From: Laetmonice hystrix
Taxonomy: Eukaryota
Direction of reading: 5' to 3'
DNA: 64,000 nucleotides
NCBI GenBank assembly: GCA_965235115.1
Contig: OZ249436.1
Location: 51,710,001-51,774,000, forward strand
Below are positions 47,601-58,141 of the stretch, in pieces (position 1 is the stretch's first letter; every line of letters starts with the position of its first letter). The notes under the pieces were generated by a model, which ran no database searches, was not told the DNA's origin, and was given only the letters and a program-made list of their open reading frames with translations. A program made the translations under genes and the position numbers.

Positions 47601-50600
47601 CGTCCGACCAAGCCCTCCAGCTGCGCCCGTCGCTCCAGTCGGACCATTGGGCCCTGTTCGACCAGGGATCCCGTCTCCACCAGGAGTGCCGGGTTGTCCG
47701 GTGGCTCCCGTAGGTCCGGTCGGCCCCAAGGCCCCAGCCGACCCTGTGGGGCCGGTCGATCCAGTTCTACCGCCCGGTCCTGTTGCGCCTGTACCGCCGG
47801 TTTCACCCGGGCCACCTGCCGGCCCCAGCGCCCCCGTTTGACCACCAACCCCCGTGGCTCCCGTTCGACCTGTATTGGTAACAACTCGAGTGAATCCCTG
47901 AATCTAACGAACAGTAATCATACCTCAACTTTTGTTTTACACTGAAATAACATTGGCGGTATTTCATCAGTTGATCATGCGGATCACCAGGAGCCGCTCC
48001 GATCGCTGGATACTAGAAAATGCTGGAGTGCGCCCTCTGTCGGCCTGTGATTACACTATGTGCCATGGCTTTAACGTGACTGAAGGTGATTGGTGAAGGT
48101 GGTCGACAGTGAACAGGTACGTGTCCATGGAAACTGTCCGGAATATGTAAACATCCATGAAGATACCCCAGCAGCGGCCTTACCAACGTCACCGGGGACT
48201 CCAGTCTCCCCAGATACGCCCGTCGCTCCAGTCCTGCCGAGACGTCCAGGGAGTCCTCGTGACCCCTGGTTACCTCTCGGTCCTGTTGCTCCAGTTGGTC
48301 CTGTCGGTCCTGTGACTCCGCTCGGACCCGTGGAACCTGGCAGCCCTGGAGACCCCGTCGATCCAGTACCACCTTCACGTCCATGCACACAGAAAAGGAA
48401 TGGATATTATGACAAACATTGAGCCCAACAATAACATTTTTCTCACACTATGGATTGTCTAAGGACTGTCCGTAAGTCTCAGGTAACAAAGGGAGGTCAT
48501 GTGCACCTAACAGCGGCTAGGAGCTGGGAGTATGTAAGGACTATACAGTCTAGCTTTAAAGAAGCAGTCAGTCATTCAGCATTGTGTGATAAAGGGGTTA
48601 CTTATATAGACGTCAGTACCGGCGCTGCAATATGGCCGTAGTTACCAAATATGACACTCGATGGCTGCGAGCATGGTCGTTCAAGTACAATGATAGAGAA
48701 AATGTGAGGACCTTGATATTCACAGTGACTCGGATGTCCTTCCTAACTCACCTCGTCTACCTGGGGGTCCTGTAGCCCCAGTGAGGCCCGTCGGACCAGT
48801 GGCCCCCAAAAGGCCCGTGCTTCCTGTGGGTCCTGGATTCCCAGTGGCTCCTGTCGCCCCCTGAGCACCTGCAGATGAGAACTTCCGGTATAGGACTTCA
48901 TGGCAATCGTGACAGTTCACGAGAAACGGGGAAAACATGAAGTGGGAATTCCCTTCAGCCAAATTATGCTTGTTGGATCATTCATTTAAAAAAGGTAAGA
49001 AAAAAAAGAAAAGAAATAAAAGAGAATACCTTGAGTTCAGTATCTAGTTGGGCAGGAACTCTGTGCATGCAGAAGGCGTAGAGATCTGGGCCTAGGCCTA
49101 TAACAGATCTATACCAGTAAATGCGACCACATTTTCCTCCACTCACCCGTGCCGGGGATGACCGTCCTCCCCGGGGGTCCAGGTGGCCCTGTCGCCCCAG
49201 TGCGCCCCTCGTTGCCCAATGTACCCTTGATCCCGGCGGGCCCGAGCGGCCCAGGGAGCCCGCTGGGACCTGGAGGGCCCGTAGCCCCGGACCGTCCCGG
49301 TGTACCCGGTCGGCCTGTAGCACCCGTCTTGCCCTCGGCGCCCGTACTGCCAGACGCTCCCGTGGCACCGGTTTCACCGACTGCTGCTACAGTCTCTGAA
49401 CGTGAATGGGACCAAAGACATTCTAGTACAGGTGGGGACAGTAGGGAAGGGCATTTGCCACCTAGGCCTAAAGGCCCCTACATAGTTCCCAAAACATATA
49501 CATTGTAGTTCCTTATTACATTTCTAATAGTTATAGGTCATACAGACAAATTTAGTAGGCTACTCTCTTTTCCCTTTGGTCCGGCCCTATTTGAAAGTCA
49601 CTGCGAATTTTCGGCTTTTCAGACAACTTCATCATATCTGGGCTATGTATGGGCCTATCTGCAAATAACAACGCTAGTATTACAGCTTTATCTATAACTA
49701 ATCCAGTCTAAATCAGCTCAGTACCTTCAATAATTCCGACGGCGATGGAGTGCACAGCCGGGTAGGTGAGATCCTCAAAGTGGTACGAGGACCCAACCAC
49801 AGGGTAGCCGTTACCATCCACATTTCGGAAGAACAAGGGGTAGTTCTCCGTGAAGGTGAATGAAATGGGGTCAAATTCTTTTTCATACGTCCACCCCAGT
49901 CGAAGTCCGCGTTCCACCAAAGGCTCTCCTGGTACCCGAAACTTTGAACATGACGGAAATTGGAGGATTAGTAGTTCCTAACCCCCCTAAAACACGCACT
50001 CTCCGTTCACTGGTGGAAAAATTAGGTCGGACAATATCTGGGTCAGTAAACAGTGGTAATCCAGGATTTCAAGTAGGCCAAACACAAATCACATGGTACA
50101 AATGCTGGATGTTTATTGGTACAGAACTGGGTCGAACTATTTTTAGGTCAGTGGATAGGGGTAATAGGCCTACAGATATTTTTATTACAGTAGTAGCTCA
50201 GCCAATCAGCGCTCGTTATTTAGTGCAAAGGTATAATATACTTGAGATACTCGTCGATTGAAAGCATGTAGACTCTGCCTACATGTACTTTAGAAGTGAG
50301 GCGATCATCTTGGAAAGGACATTGTCTGGATACTTTATGAGCAAGCCCCTGTACGTAATAAAACGTTATCTGTATTTCATAATATCTACTCCTTACCTCA
50401 TGTACGCCAGCAGTGGTGGGAAGTTTCACCTTGTATTGGTAACTGAGAGTGTATCGGCGCTCGGTCTCGTTTGCCGTCTTCCAGAGCTGAAGGCGGAATG
50501 GCATGCCCACCTCTGTCTTACCGTGTATGTAGACGGAGAAGTTGTAAAGTCGACCCTCCGGTAAGACCACCTACAGCGGCAAGGTCATAGTAAGTACTGT

Positions 50601-51632
50601 CACCAACCACTCCAACCGAGTCTGGACAGAAGGGTCGAACACTCGTACAAAAACCCTTGCTGGAAACTAGGTTAGATTTTTAACAAATCAGGGGAGTAGT
50701 GTTGTGGTCTGCATGGGGTTTTACCAAAGATAAATAATTGATCTTTGGTTTCACGTCCTGTCGGTAACTGTGTGACATCTTCATGGCGTTTTCATTTTGT
50801 TCTGCCCGGTGATGCTGATGAGATTATAAAGGAAACATCCGCACACCAAGGCCCTACTCTTATCTATAAGTGGCAATGACTCTTTAACTTACGTAGTATA
50901 GGTCTAGTAGTTGCCAAACTGAAAAGTTGCACAACTTCTTGTTGAGCAACAAAGTTTCTGAACTGCTGCATAGTGTAGGCATATAGTAGCTTTTAGGGAT
51001 AAGTTTCAGCAAGATCTTAAAGCAATCAGCGTGTCTATCTCATTTCAGTGACTCCAAAATGCAGACATGGGCTGTTATGTTAGATAAGGTCTGAGTGTAA
51101 ATAAATCAATGTATACCCATAGAAATGGAGAAATCTAATTAAATTCAACATTCCAGTTGCCTGTTGTCGCCATGAAACGAATGTCTCATGGCTGGTTATT
51201 GACCTGGCATTGATTTGGACAACACTAAAATTCATCGGGATGAACCGATGAATTTCATTGGCTGTTAAAGTCACGCCAGGTCAACAATTTTGTCAGCAAC
51301 CAGCCATAAGACGATCGCTTCAGACCGACAACAGGCAACTGGAATGTTGAATTTCATTAGATTTCTCCATTTCTGTGGGTATACATAGATTGATTTTTGT
51401 AGTCTAAGGCCTTGTCCATAACCTAACATGCAGCACATGTCAGCATTTTGGAGTCATTAAATGAGATACTCGGTGATTGCTTTAAAAAAAACGGGACCCT
51501 GATAATATTCGAATGTATGACTTACTGGATAATCTATCCATGATTTAAATGCTCCTTTATTACGTTGAAAGTCCCTGCGTATCACATCGTGGCCTCTGTT
51601 ATAGAGATTTCTGTTACATCCGAATATCCCAC
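35332..51632 (-). CDS. Membrane-anchored Thr-rich collagen-like protein: N-terminal domain, Gly-X-Y rod, 3 cbEGF, TM, cytoplasmic tail (>1700 aa; 5' end unresolved)
   Basis: Exons in transcription order: 51632-51526, 50570-50397, 49941-49725, 49395-49147, 48868-48752, 48381(or 48372)-48184, 47869-47555, 47282-47004, 46843-46556, 46201-45923, 45562-45104, 44885-44571, 44384-44070, 43750-43472, 43226-42939, 42695-42417, 42153-41785, 41429-41397, 41085-40963, 38226-38107, 36375-36253, 35651-35332. Intron phases are mutually compatible and all junctions are GT-AG except the 48381 acceptor. Confidence 0.85.
36253..41085 (-). CDS. Three calcium-binding EGF exons of the collagen gene
   Basis: 41085-40963 [41 protein letters not shown]; 38226-38107 [40 protein letters not shown] (absent from the ORF track); 36375-36253 [28 protein letters not shown] (4-Cys, truncated). 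All phase 1-1. Confidence 0.9.
37737..38076. mobile_element. Kolobok-like non-autonomous element
   Basis: TTAA|AGGTGCTATTCGT...ACGAATAGCACCT|TTAA. Confidence 0.8.
38345..39401. mobile_element. Nested/abutting Harbinger-like MITE cluster
   Basis: TTA|TGCCCGG... with GTGTAGTGTGCACCGGGCA ends at 38951 and 39401 (|TTA). Inner element TAA|AACCCGCTGTACACTGTCACGATTT...AAATCGTGACAGTGTGCGGCGGGCT|TAA at 38955-39260. Confidence 0.75.
51021..51481. mobile_element. Long foldback element with TTAA TSD (Kolobok-like termini)
   Basis: TTAA|AGCAATCA...TGATTGCT|TTAA; arms ~150 bp, including AGAAATGGAGAAATCTAAT...TTCAACATTCCAGTTGCCTGTTGTCG and its reverse complement. Confidence 0.8.
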
Positions 51633-53384
51633 CTGTGTACAGGTAACATACATTACTGTAGAACATGTACGCAGACTACGTGTTAAATATAACAGAGAAA
51701 TGGGATGTTGAACGCGTATGAATAACCTAGGCATGGATTTGAATTTCTAACACTCATTAGTTAAAACTATCATTGCGATTTTTGTACTTACATTCTTCAG
51801 CATGTCCAAGGTATAACATGTGTAGTAGAATAACTGAAAACAACGTCCATGGGCTTGACATCTATGAACAAACACAGAAATCTGATTCAGAATTATTTAT
51901 ACCTGCTCGACTAACGAGTTTGGATTTCAGCGTTCTTGGTTGTCAACTCAACGCCATGATGCACTGTGTACGTTTCTGAAATGACCTCGTGAATCAAGTT
52001 GTGTGAATTCACACTCACCTTGAAGTTAATGTTTGGTTCTTTTGTCACCTGAATCTCTGGAGCATTCTTGCTGCTATCGTTTGCGGAAAGTTTCCTCGAG
52101 TAAGTGAGATTTTTGACCAGGCAGCAGGGTGCTGTTCCCTTGGACATTGATCTTCTATAGTCCCGAGTTGGGAACGCTGCGGGGGTCGCCGGTACCTTCC
52201 GGTCAGTCTGGGGGACTGTCAACTCGCCGTCTCTCAAGGTCGCCTTACGTTTGACGCACCACCACCACCTTCTGTGGGGCCGGTGGTGGTGGTACCTCGA
52301 GTGGTGCCAGAAGGACCACCAAGGGGCCATTCATTCATGGTGGAAGGGAACACGGTCTCATGGGATCAATGGTGCGACCTGCAAACCTTAACCGTGATTA
52401 TTCTAAATTTTGTAATGTTCAAGAACCAATGCTTCCATTCCTTTTCCAATGGCGATGGGGTTCTCGTGTTATAGGCCTAGATACGTTTTAGGTTTGAGGC
52501 AAGTTACGGGTTTGGTAATCCGTCCTTGATCTATTATCATGCATTCTTGTGAGGAGCCGTCAATAAGCCAACATAAACGCCGCACGGGAATTAAGAATAG
52601 GTAGGCACTGTAATGGACAAGTCCTGGAGCAACTTAAAACAGGATGTACTTTCCAATAGCATATGTGATTATAGGAATGATAGTTCTGAAATTGTCATGT
52701 CGTGGACACAACCATGCTTTACCCATATAGCATGTCGTCTTCTCAATGACACTGCAGTTTATTTCGGAACTCGACCATTGTGCTTTGAATTCAAAATGGA
52801 TCGAGAATGAAAACAGTTTTAGACTCTAATTGTGGCTCGTATAGTGCATAGATCTCAAGATGAGACTATGGCAGTCAAGGTAAATTCGTGGCTGTTACAA
52901 ATGGCCATGGGGTCATCTTACTGTAGTTAAGTGATATTTAATGTCACGTACGTTGTGAGTTTGCATGCCGTATGTTCGTTCGGCACCAACTCACGTGCTT
53001 TTGCTGCTGAAACGAGAAGATTGACAGACCTGCCACTTCCGCATGTCGATTTACACCTTTTTACAACATTGCCACACAAAAAATACTATGCCTACAGATT
53101 CAAGGGTTGTCATTCGTGCTACTTACCAACTCGGTGCCCGGTGTTTTGGCCTTTTTTATACTTTTGAAGCGATTTTGGTGTGCACAAATACGCCTTTACT
53201 GGCCAGGGAATGTTTTAAAACGCTAAATACATCTGTGTTACATAATATTAGGTAATTATTGCAATATTTGTATGTATATCTGGTATTGTAAATCGCTACT
53301 GGAATTTTCACATAGTATTCGTCACGTACGTTCGTTCATAGAAAAGAAAGCACTCAGTCTTCACTGTTTAAGGGGCATCGAAAT

Positions 53385-53876
53385 GTTTGCTCCAGCCCAA
53401 GGCCACTCATTACATAGAGGGAGCCCTCACTGTAGTGTTTGATCGACAATGAGGCCAGTCAATATATGTACAGCCTCACTGTAGTGTTTTCTCGAGTATA
53501 AGGCCAGTCAGTCCATGTGGACAGCCCTCACTGTAGTGTTTGCTCCAGTCTGAGGCCGGTCAATACATCTAAAGAACCCTCACTGTAGTGTTTGCTCGAG
53601 TATGACGCCACTCAATACATGTGGGGAGCCCTCACTGTACTGTTTGCTCCTGCCCAAGGCCGGGTCGTTACATGGAGGGAGCCCTTACTGTAGTGTTTGC
53701 TGGAGTATAAGGCCAGTCAGTCCATGTGGGCAGCCCTCACTGTAGTGTTTGCTCCTGCCCAAGGCCGGGTCGTTACATGGAGGGAGCCCTTACTGTAGTG
53801 TTTGCTGGAGTATAAGGCCAGTCAGTCCTTGTGGGCAGCCCTCACTGTAGTGTTTGCTCCAGTCTGAGGCCGGTCA
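53385..53876. repeat. 52-bp tandem satellite array 1 (~10 units)
   Basis: Recurrent GAGCCCTCACTGTAGTGTTTGCTC at 52-53-bp spacing. Confidence 0.92.
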
Positions 53877-54032
53877 TTTGAGTATCTTCTCCAAATTTTA
53901 ACAGTAGATGCCCCTCGCCTATACCTTTCCTTTCCATTACTTGCCTCCCCCCGATTAAGATGTAAATCTTTGGCTTAGCATTGTAGAATCCTATCTCTCC
54001 GCGAAGCGCCGCTGGTGCCCGGCAGCCCGGCC

Positions 54033-54365
54033 GCGAATTTTTTTTTCCCACATTAGTTCTGGACCCCCCATTTTCATACAGCCAATCAGAAACAGGCACA
54101 CATATGGCTATGGAATACCGGCGACGACATGCGAGATGCGAGACAGTGTGTTTGGGTTAGGGTAAAGGTTAGGCCTAGGGTTAGTGTTAGTTTTCATAGC
54201 CCAAAATTATTGTTAAATAGGCACTATTTGATGAGCAGTGGATGTGTCAATAAGAAACATTCACTGACACTGTTCGGTCCCATATCGCGAGCGATAGAGT
54301 CTGGCGTTCACTGATTGGCTGAAGCTAGAATGGGGTCCGGAACTAATGTGGGGAAAAAATTTCGC
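54033..54365. mobile_element. Foldback MITE with 9-bp TSD and a GGGTTA-like core
   Basis: AGCCCGGCC|GCGAATTTTTTTTCCCACATTAGTTC...GAACTAATGTGGGGAAAAAATTTCGC|AGCCCGGCC; empty site AGTCCGGCC at 56001-56009. Confidence 0.85.
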
Positions 54366-55048
54366 AGCCCGGCCAGCTAGACGTGGTGATTCCATCGGAA
54401 GCCGGAAGGTGGCAGTCCAGTAGGGGCGCTGCTTCAGGACAGCACGGCGGCCTTTGCCTGCACCCATGTCTATAACCTTTATACTTAAAGATGGGATATC
54501 TCATGTAGAAAAGGCGTACGACCATTTCATTTGCCATTGTTAATTAAACCTTTACGGCAAAGTGCCATTGGGACTACTTGACAACGTGGCCGGACGCTTA
54601 CAGACGGTCTGTAGGGGAAACAGACTAGATTGGAATAAATGATCGACCAAACGTATCGCCTGCCTCCTGGACAATAAAGGCATGGAAGAATGAAATGAGG
54701 TGACATTAATAAATATGGTGTATGTGTACATAAAGAACAGGCTTCATAACAACATCTCCACGTTTCTGTCTGTTTTGAAAAGCTGAGAGTGTGTGCCAAC
54801 TGGACATTTTTCCTATGAATGTCATTGCTACCTTCTTCAGTGTGCACAAAATATGCCTGTACTGGCCAGGGAATGTGTTAAAACGCTAAATACATCTGTG
54901 TTACATAATATTAGGTCATTACACTGCAATGTTTGTATGCATATCTGGTATTGTAAATCGCTACTGGAATTTTCACATAGTATTCGTCACGTACGTTCGT
55001 TCATAGAAAAGAAAACACTCAGTCTTCACTGTTTAAGGGGCATCGAAA

Positions 55049-55854
55049 TGTTTGCTCCAGCCCAAGGCCACTCATGACATAGAGGGACCCCGCACTGTAG
55101 TGTTTGCTCGACAATAAGGCCAGTCAATACATGTAGGGAGCCCTCACTGTAGTGTCTGCTCGAGTATAAGGCCAGTCAATCCATGTGGACAGCCCTCACT
55201 GTAATGTTTGCTCCAGTCTGAGGCCGGTCAATACATCTAGAGAGCCCTCACTGTAGTGTTTGCTCGAGTATGACGCCACTCAAGACATGTAGGGAGCCCT
55301 CATTGTACTGTTTGCTCCGGCCCAAGCCCGGGTCGTTACATGTAGGGAGCCCTTACTGTAGTGTTTGCTGGAGTATAAGGCCAGTCAGTCCATGTGGGCA
55401 GCCCTCACTGTAGTGTTTGCTCCAGTCTGAGGCCGGTCAATACATCTAGAGAGCCCTCACTGTAGTGTTTGCTCGAATATGACGCCACTCAATACATGTA
55501 GGGAGCCCTCATTGGACTGTTTGCTCCAGCCCAAGCCCGGGTCGTTACATGTAGGGTGCCCTTACTGTAGTGTTTGCTCGAGTATAAGGCCAGTCAGTCC
55601 ATGTGGGCAGCCCCCACTGTAGTGTTTGCTCCAGTCTGAGGCCGGTCAATACATCTAGAGAGCCCTCACTGTAGTGTTTGCTCGAGTATGACGCCACTCA
55701 ATACATGTAGGGAGCCCTCATTGTACTGTTTGCTCCTGCCCAAGGCCGGGTCGTTACATGGAGTGAGCCCTTACTATGTTTGCCGAGTATAAGGCCAGTC
55801 AGTCCATGTGGGCAGCCCTCACTGTAGTGTTTGCTCCAGTCTGAGGCCGGTCAT
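55049..55854. repeat. 52-bp tandem satellite array 2 (~16 units, 209-bp four-monomer higher-order repeat x3)
   Basis: Monomer starts at 55141, 55193, 55245, 55297, 55350...; variants cycle A-B-C-D. Confidence 0.92.
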
Positions 55855-57719
55855 TTGAGTATCTTCTCCAAATTATAACAGTAGATGCCCCTCGCCTATA
55901 CCTTTCCTTTCCATTACTTGCCTCCCCCCGATTAAGATGTAAATCTTTGGCTTAGCATTGTAGAATCCTATCTCTCCGCGAAGCGCCGCAGGTGCCCGGC
56001 AGTCCGGCCAGGTATACGTGGTGATTCCATCGCAAGGCGGAAGGTGGCAGTGCAGTCGGAGACGCCGCTTCAGTACAGCACGGCGGCGTTTGCCTGCAAC
56101 ATCTCTGTAACATTTGTACCTGAGTATGGGATATCTGATATAGAAAAGGCGGACGACCATTTCATTTGCCATTGTTAATTAAACCTTTAAGGCAAATTGC
56201 CATTGGGACGACCTGACAACGGTGTTAAAGACGGTCTGACAGATCTTAGTTATAGATCTAGTTGTCTCTAGCCGCCCCTTCACATAGGAGATATGCTCCG
56301 GAGGATACCCGCTCCTTTGGGTAGCTAATGTATGTAAACGCAACTACCCAAACCCACTTACTCCACGTAGGCTTCGGATATAGTTCGGTCAAATCGGGGG
56401 ATTAGCTGTCACCAGAGGATCTCCGGCAAAGACTTCAAAGCGGCTGTCAGACTTTACTGTGTTTAGGCGTCGCTCAATATGAACGCGAGCAGAACTAAGA
56501 TCTTATCAGATGTGTCAAACAAATTAAGTTGCTTCGGACGAGCAGTGTGAACCCAACCTAAATTATGTGTCATCTGATCTGTACAAGATACTTTAATTAG
56601 ATTGCCTGGTAATTTCTTAACCAAACAATTGCAAGAGCCTTGCTGCTATCATTTCTGGAACCTTCTGACAATGTGTGGAGCTACCCATTCATACTCAGTA
56701 GCATTAAACAGGTAATTGTTTTAGAAATGTATTGAGGGGTCATTTGTATTTCTGATGTTGAAACTTCAAAAGTTACCCCAAAAAAGACTTAACCCTAGGG
56801 GCCTACCCCCATTCTCATCTCTTCTGTTATGGCACTTATAAGCATATTGACATAGGCTACTTTCTTTGTCGAGCTGTAGCTACCTTAGGCCCACCTGATT
56901 TTTTGTACTTCCCCCCAGGTGATAACCCAGGGGCTAGGCCTATCATATAAAACAGTCAAACCTTTGCCTGGAGAGGAAGTAAACGGATCTGAAATTTTGG
57001 GTCCTGGCTCCCGGACTATACAGGTATAGCTAGGTATTCCACCAGAGGGCGCCTTAGGGCTCACCATTCCGACAGTAACTCATCAGCCATCAACATCAGC
57101 TTCTTACCCACATGGCTCATTCTGTTAATTCTATTTTTAAAAGGGTCGTTTTCTTAATTGCTTCTATTGTCTTTTTTTTTCTTTTACCGTAAAACTTATT
57201 TTTTTTGTATCATTTAGTGGCACATAAAGACGCAGGTTTTTTTTTACTTCCCTTTTTTAACCTACGATTACTATTATAGGCCTCTATCAACATGTTTATC
57301 AATTGCAGTCACGAAACAAAAGAATCATTTCCCACACTACTGATGCCGGATTCCATAATAGCAGCAGACTAAACCGAATACTCGATGTGGGGCAATCGGT
57401 GCCAATTAGCGACGTCCTACTTTGTGAAGTTGTTGAATGATATTAGTCCTGGTCGGCCGGCGTCGTCGCCTTGACGACCGGAGGGTAGTATACACCCCCT
57501 CTCCTCCACCACAGACCGACGTATCCCGGTATATTTATACGGTATACCTCCTGTAACCTGTCGACAGGCTCTCCACCCCATCTGGCCCCAGCCAGCACGC
57601 CCCCGTGTGCTGTCTTCTAGGAAGGCTAAAGTTTCTCTGGCCTAGAAAACGTTCACAACGCGCCCCAGCCTTCTCTCCACCGTCCCTGCTCTGGTCTGTC
57701 CTACCGGCAGGGTCATTCC

Positions 57720-57870
57720 TGCTGGGCGGGGAATCCATGGGGCACTGAGTGACTGCCCCGGCTGCTACTGCCGCTATAAAAATAGACATAGGACGTATGA
57801 AAATTGCCACCGCCTCCACCACCGCCCGCCACAACTAACTTCAACTTTGCAGTCCTTGGCTATAAATTAG
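57720..57870 (+). promoter_or_regulatory. Candidate promoter of the CaaX gene
   Basis: GC box GGGCGGGG at ~57724 and TATAAA at 57775 and 57861, in a GC-rich stretch 280-370 bp upstream of the ATG. Confidence 0.35.
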
Positions 57871-58141
57871 CTGCTGCGCCGTTGCCATCGTTTTCTTTGT
57901 GCATGTGATGCAGGAGTGCCGTTGTTGGCCACCTACTAATGCAGAGTCCCGGGCCCTGGCCACCTTTCCCGCGCCCTCCAGCAGCACATGTCCGAGCCCT
58001 CTCCACCTTGGACCGGCGGTTTCTTTTCACCCCGCCGAAATTAGTTAACTTGGAAACCGGCGAGACTGTTTGCAGCCGTGCTCCCTCCATCATGGCCTGT
58101 TGACGTCGCCGCAGCCGCCGCAGCCGATTGCTGCTGTTGTA

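Larger units (their letters stand above)
53179..56222 (+). repeat. Tandem duplication of a satellite-bearing unit (53179-54585 and 54841-56222)
   Basis: Shared ~200-bp left flank (TGTGCACAAA...AAGGGGCATCGAAATG) and shared right flank (TTTGAGTATCTTCTCCAAA...GCCATTGGGAC). Confidence 0.88.

Noticed and set aside
41397..49395. Bacterial BclA-like gene by contamination or recent HGT
   Set aside because: Many spliceosomal introns and metazoan cbEGF exons; the GXT bias is more simply convergent.
42431..49508. Pro/Val-rich + strand ORFs (PVAPVGP...)
   Set aside because: Antisense shadows of Gly-X-Y codons; splice signals support only the - strand.
53385..55854. CRISPR-like look: constant ~24-bp motif with variable intervening sequence
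   Set aside because: The intervening parts are homologous and recur cyclically, there are no cas genes and the context is eukaryotic; it is a satellite.
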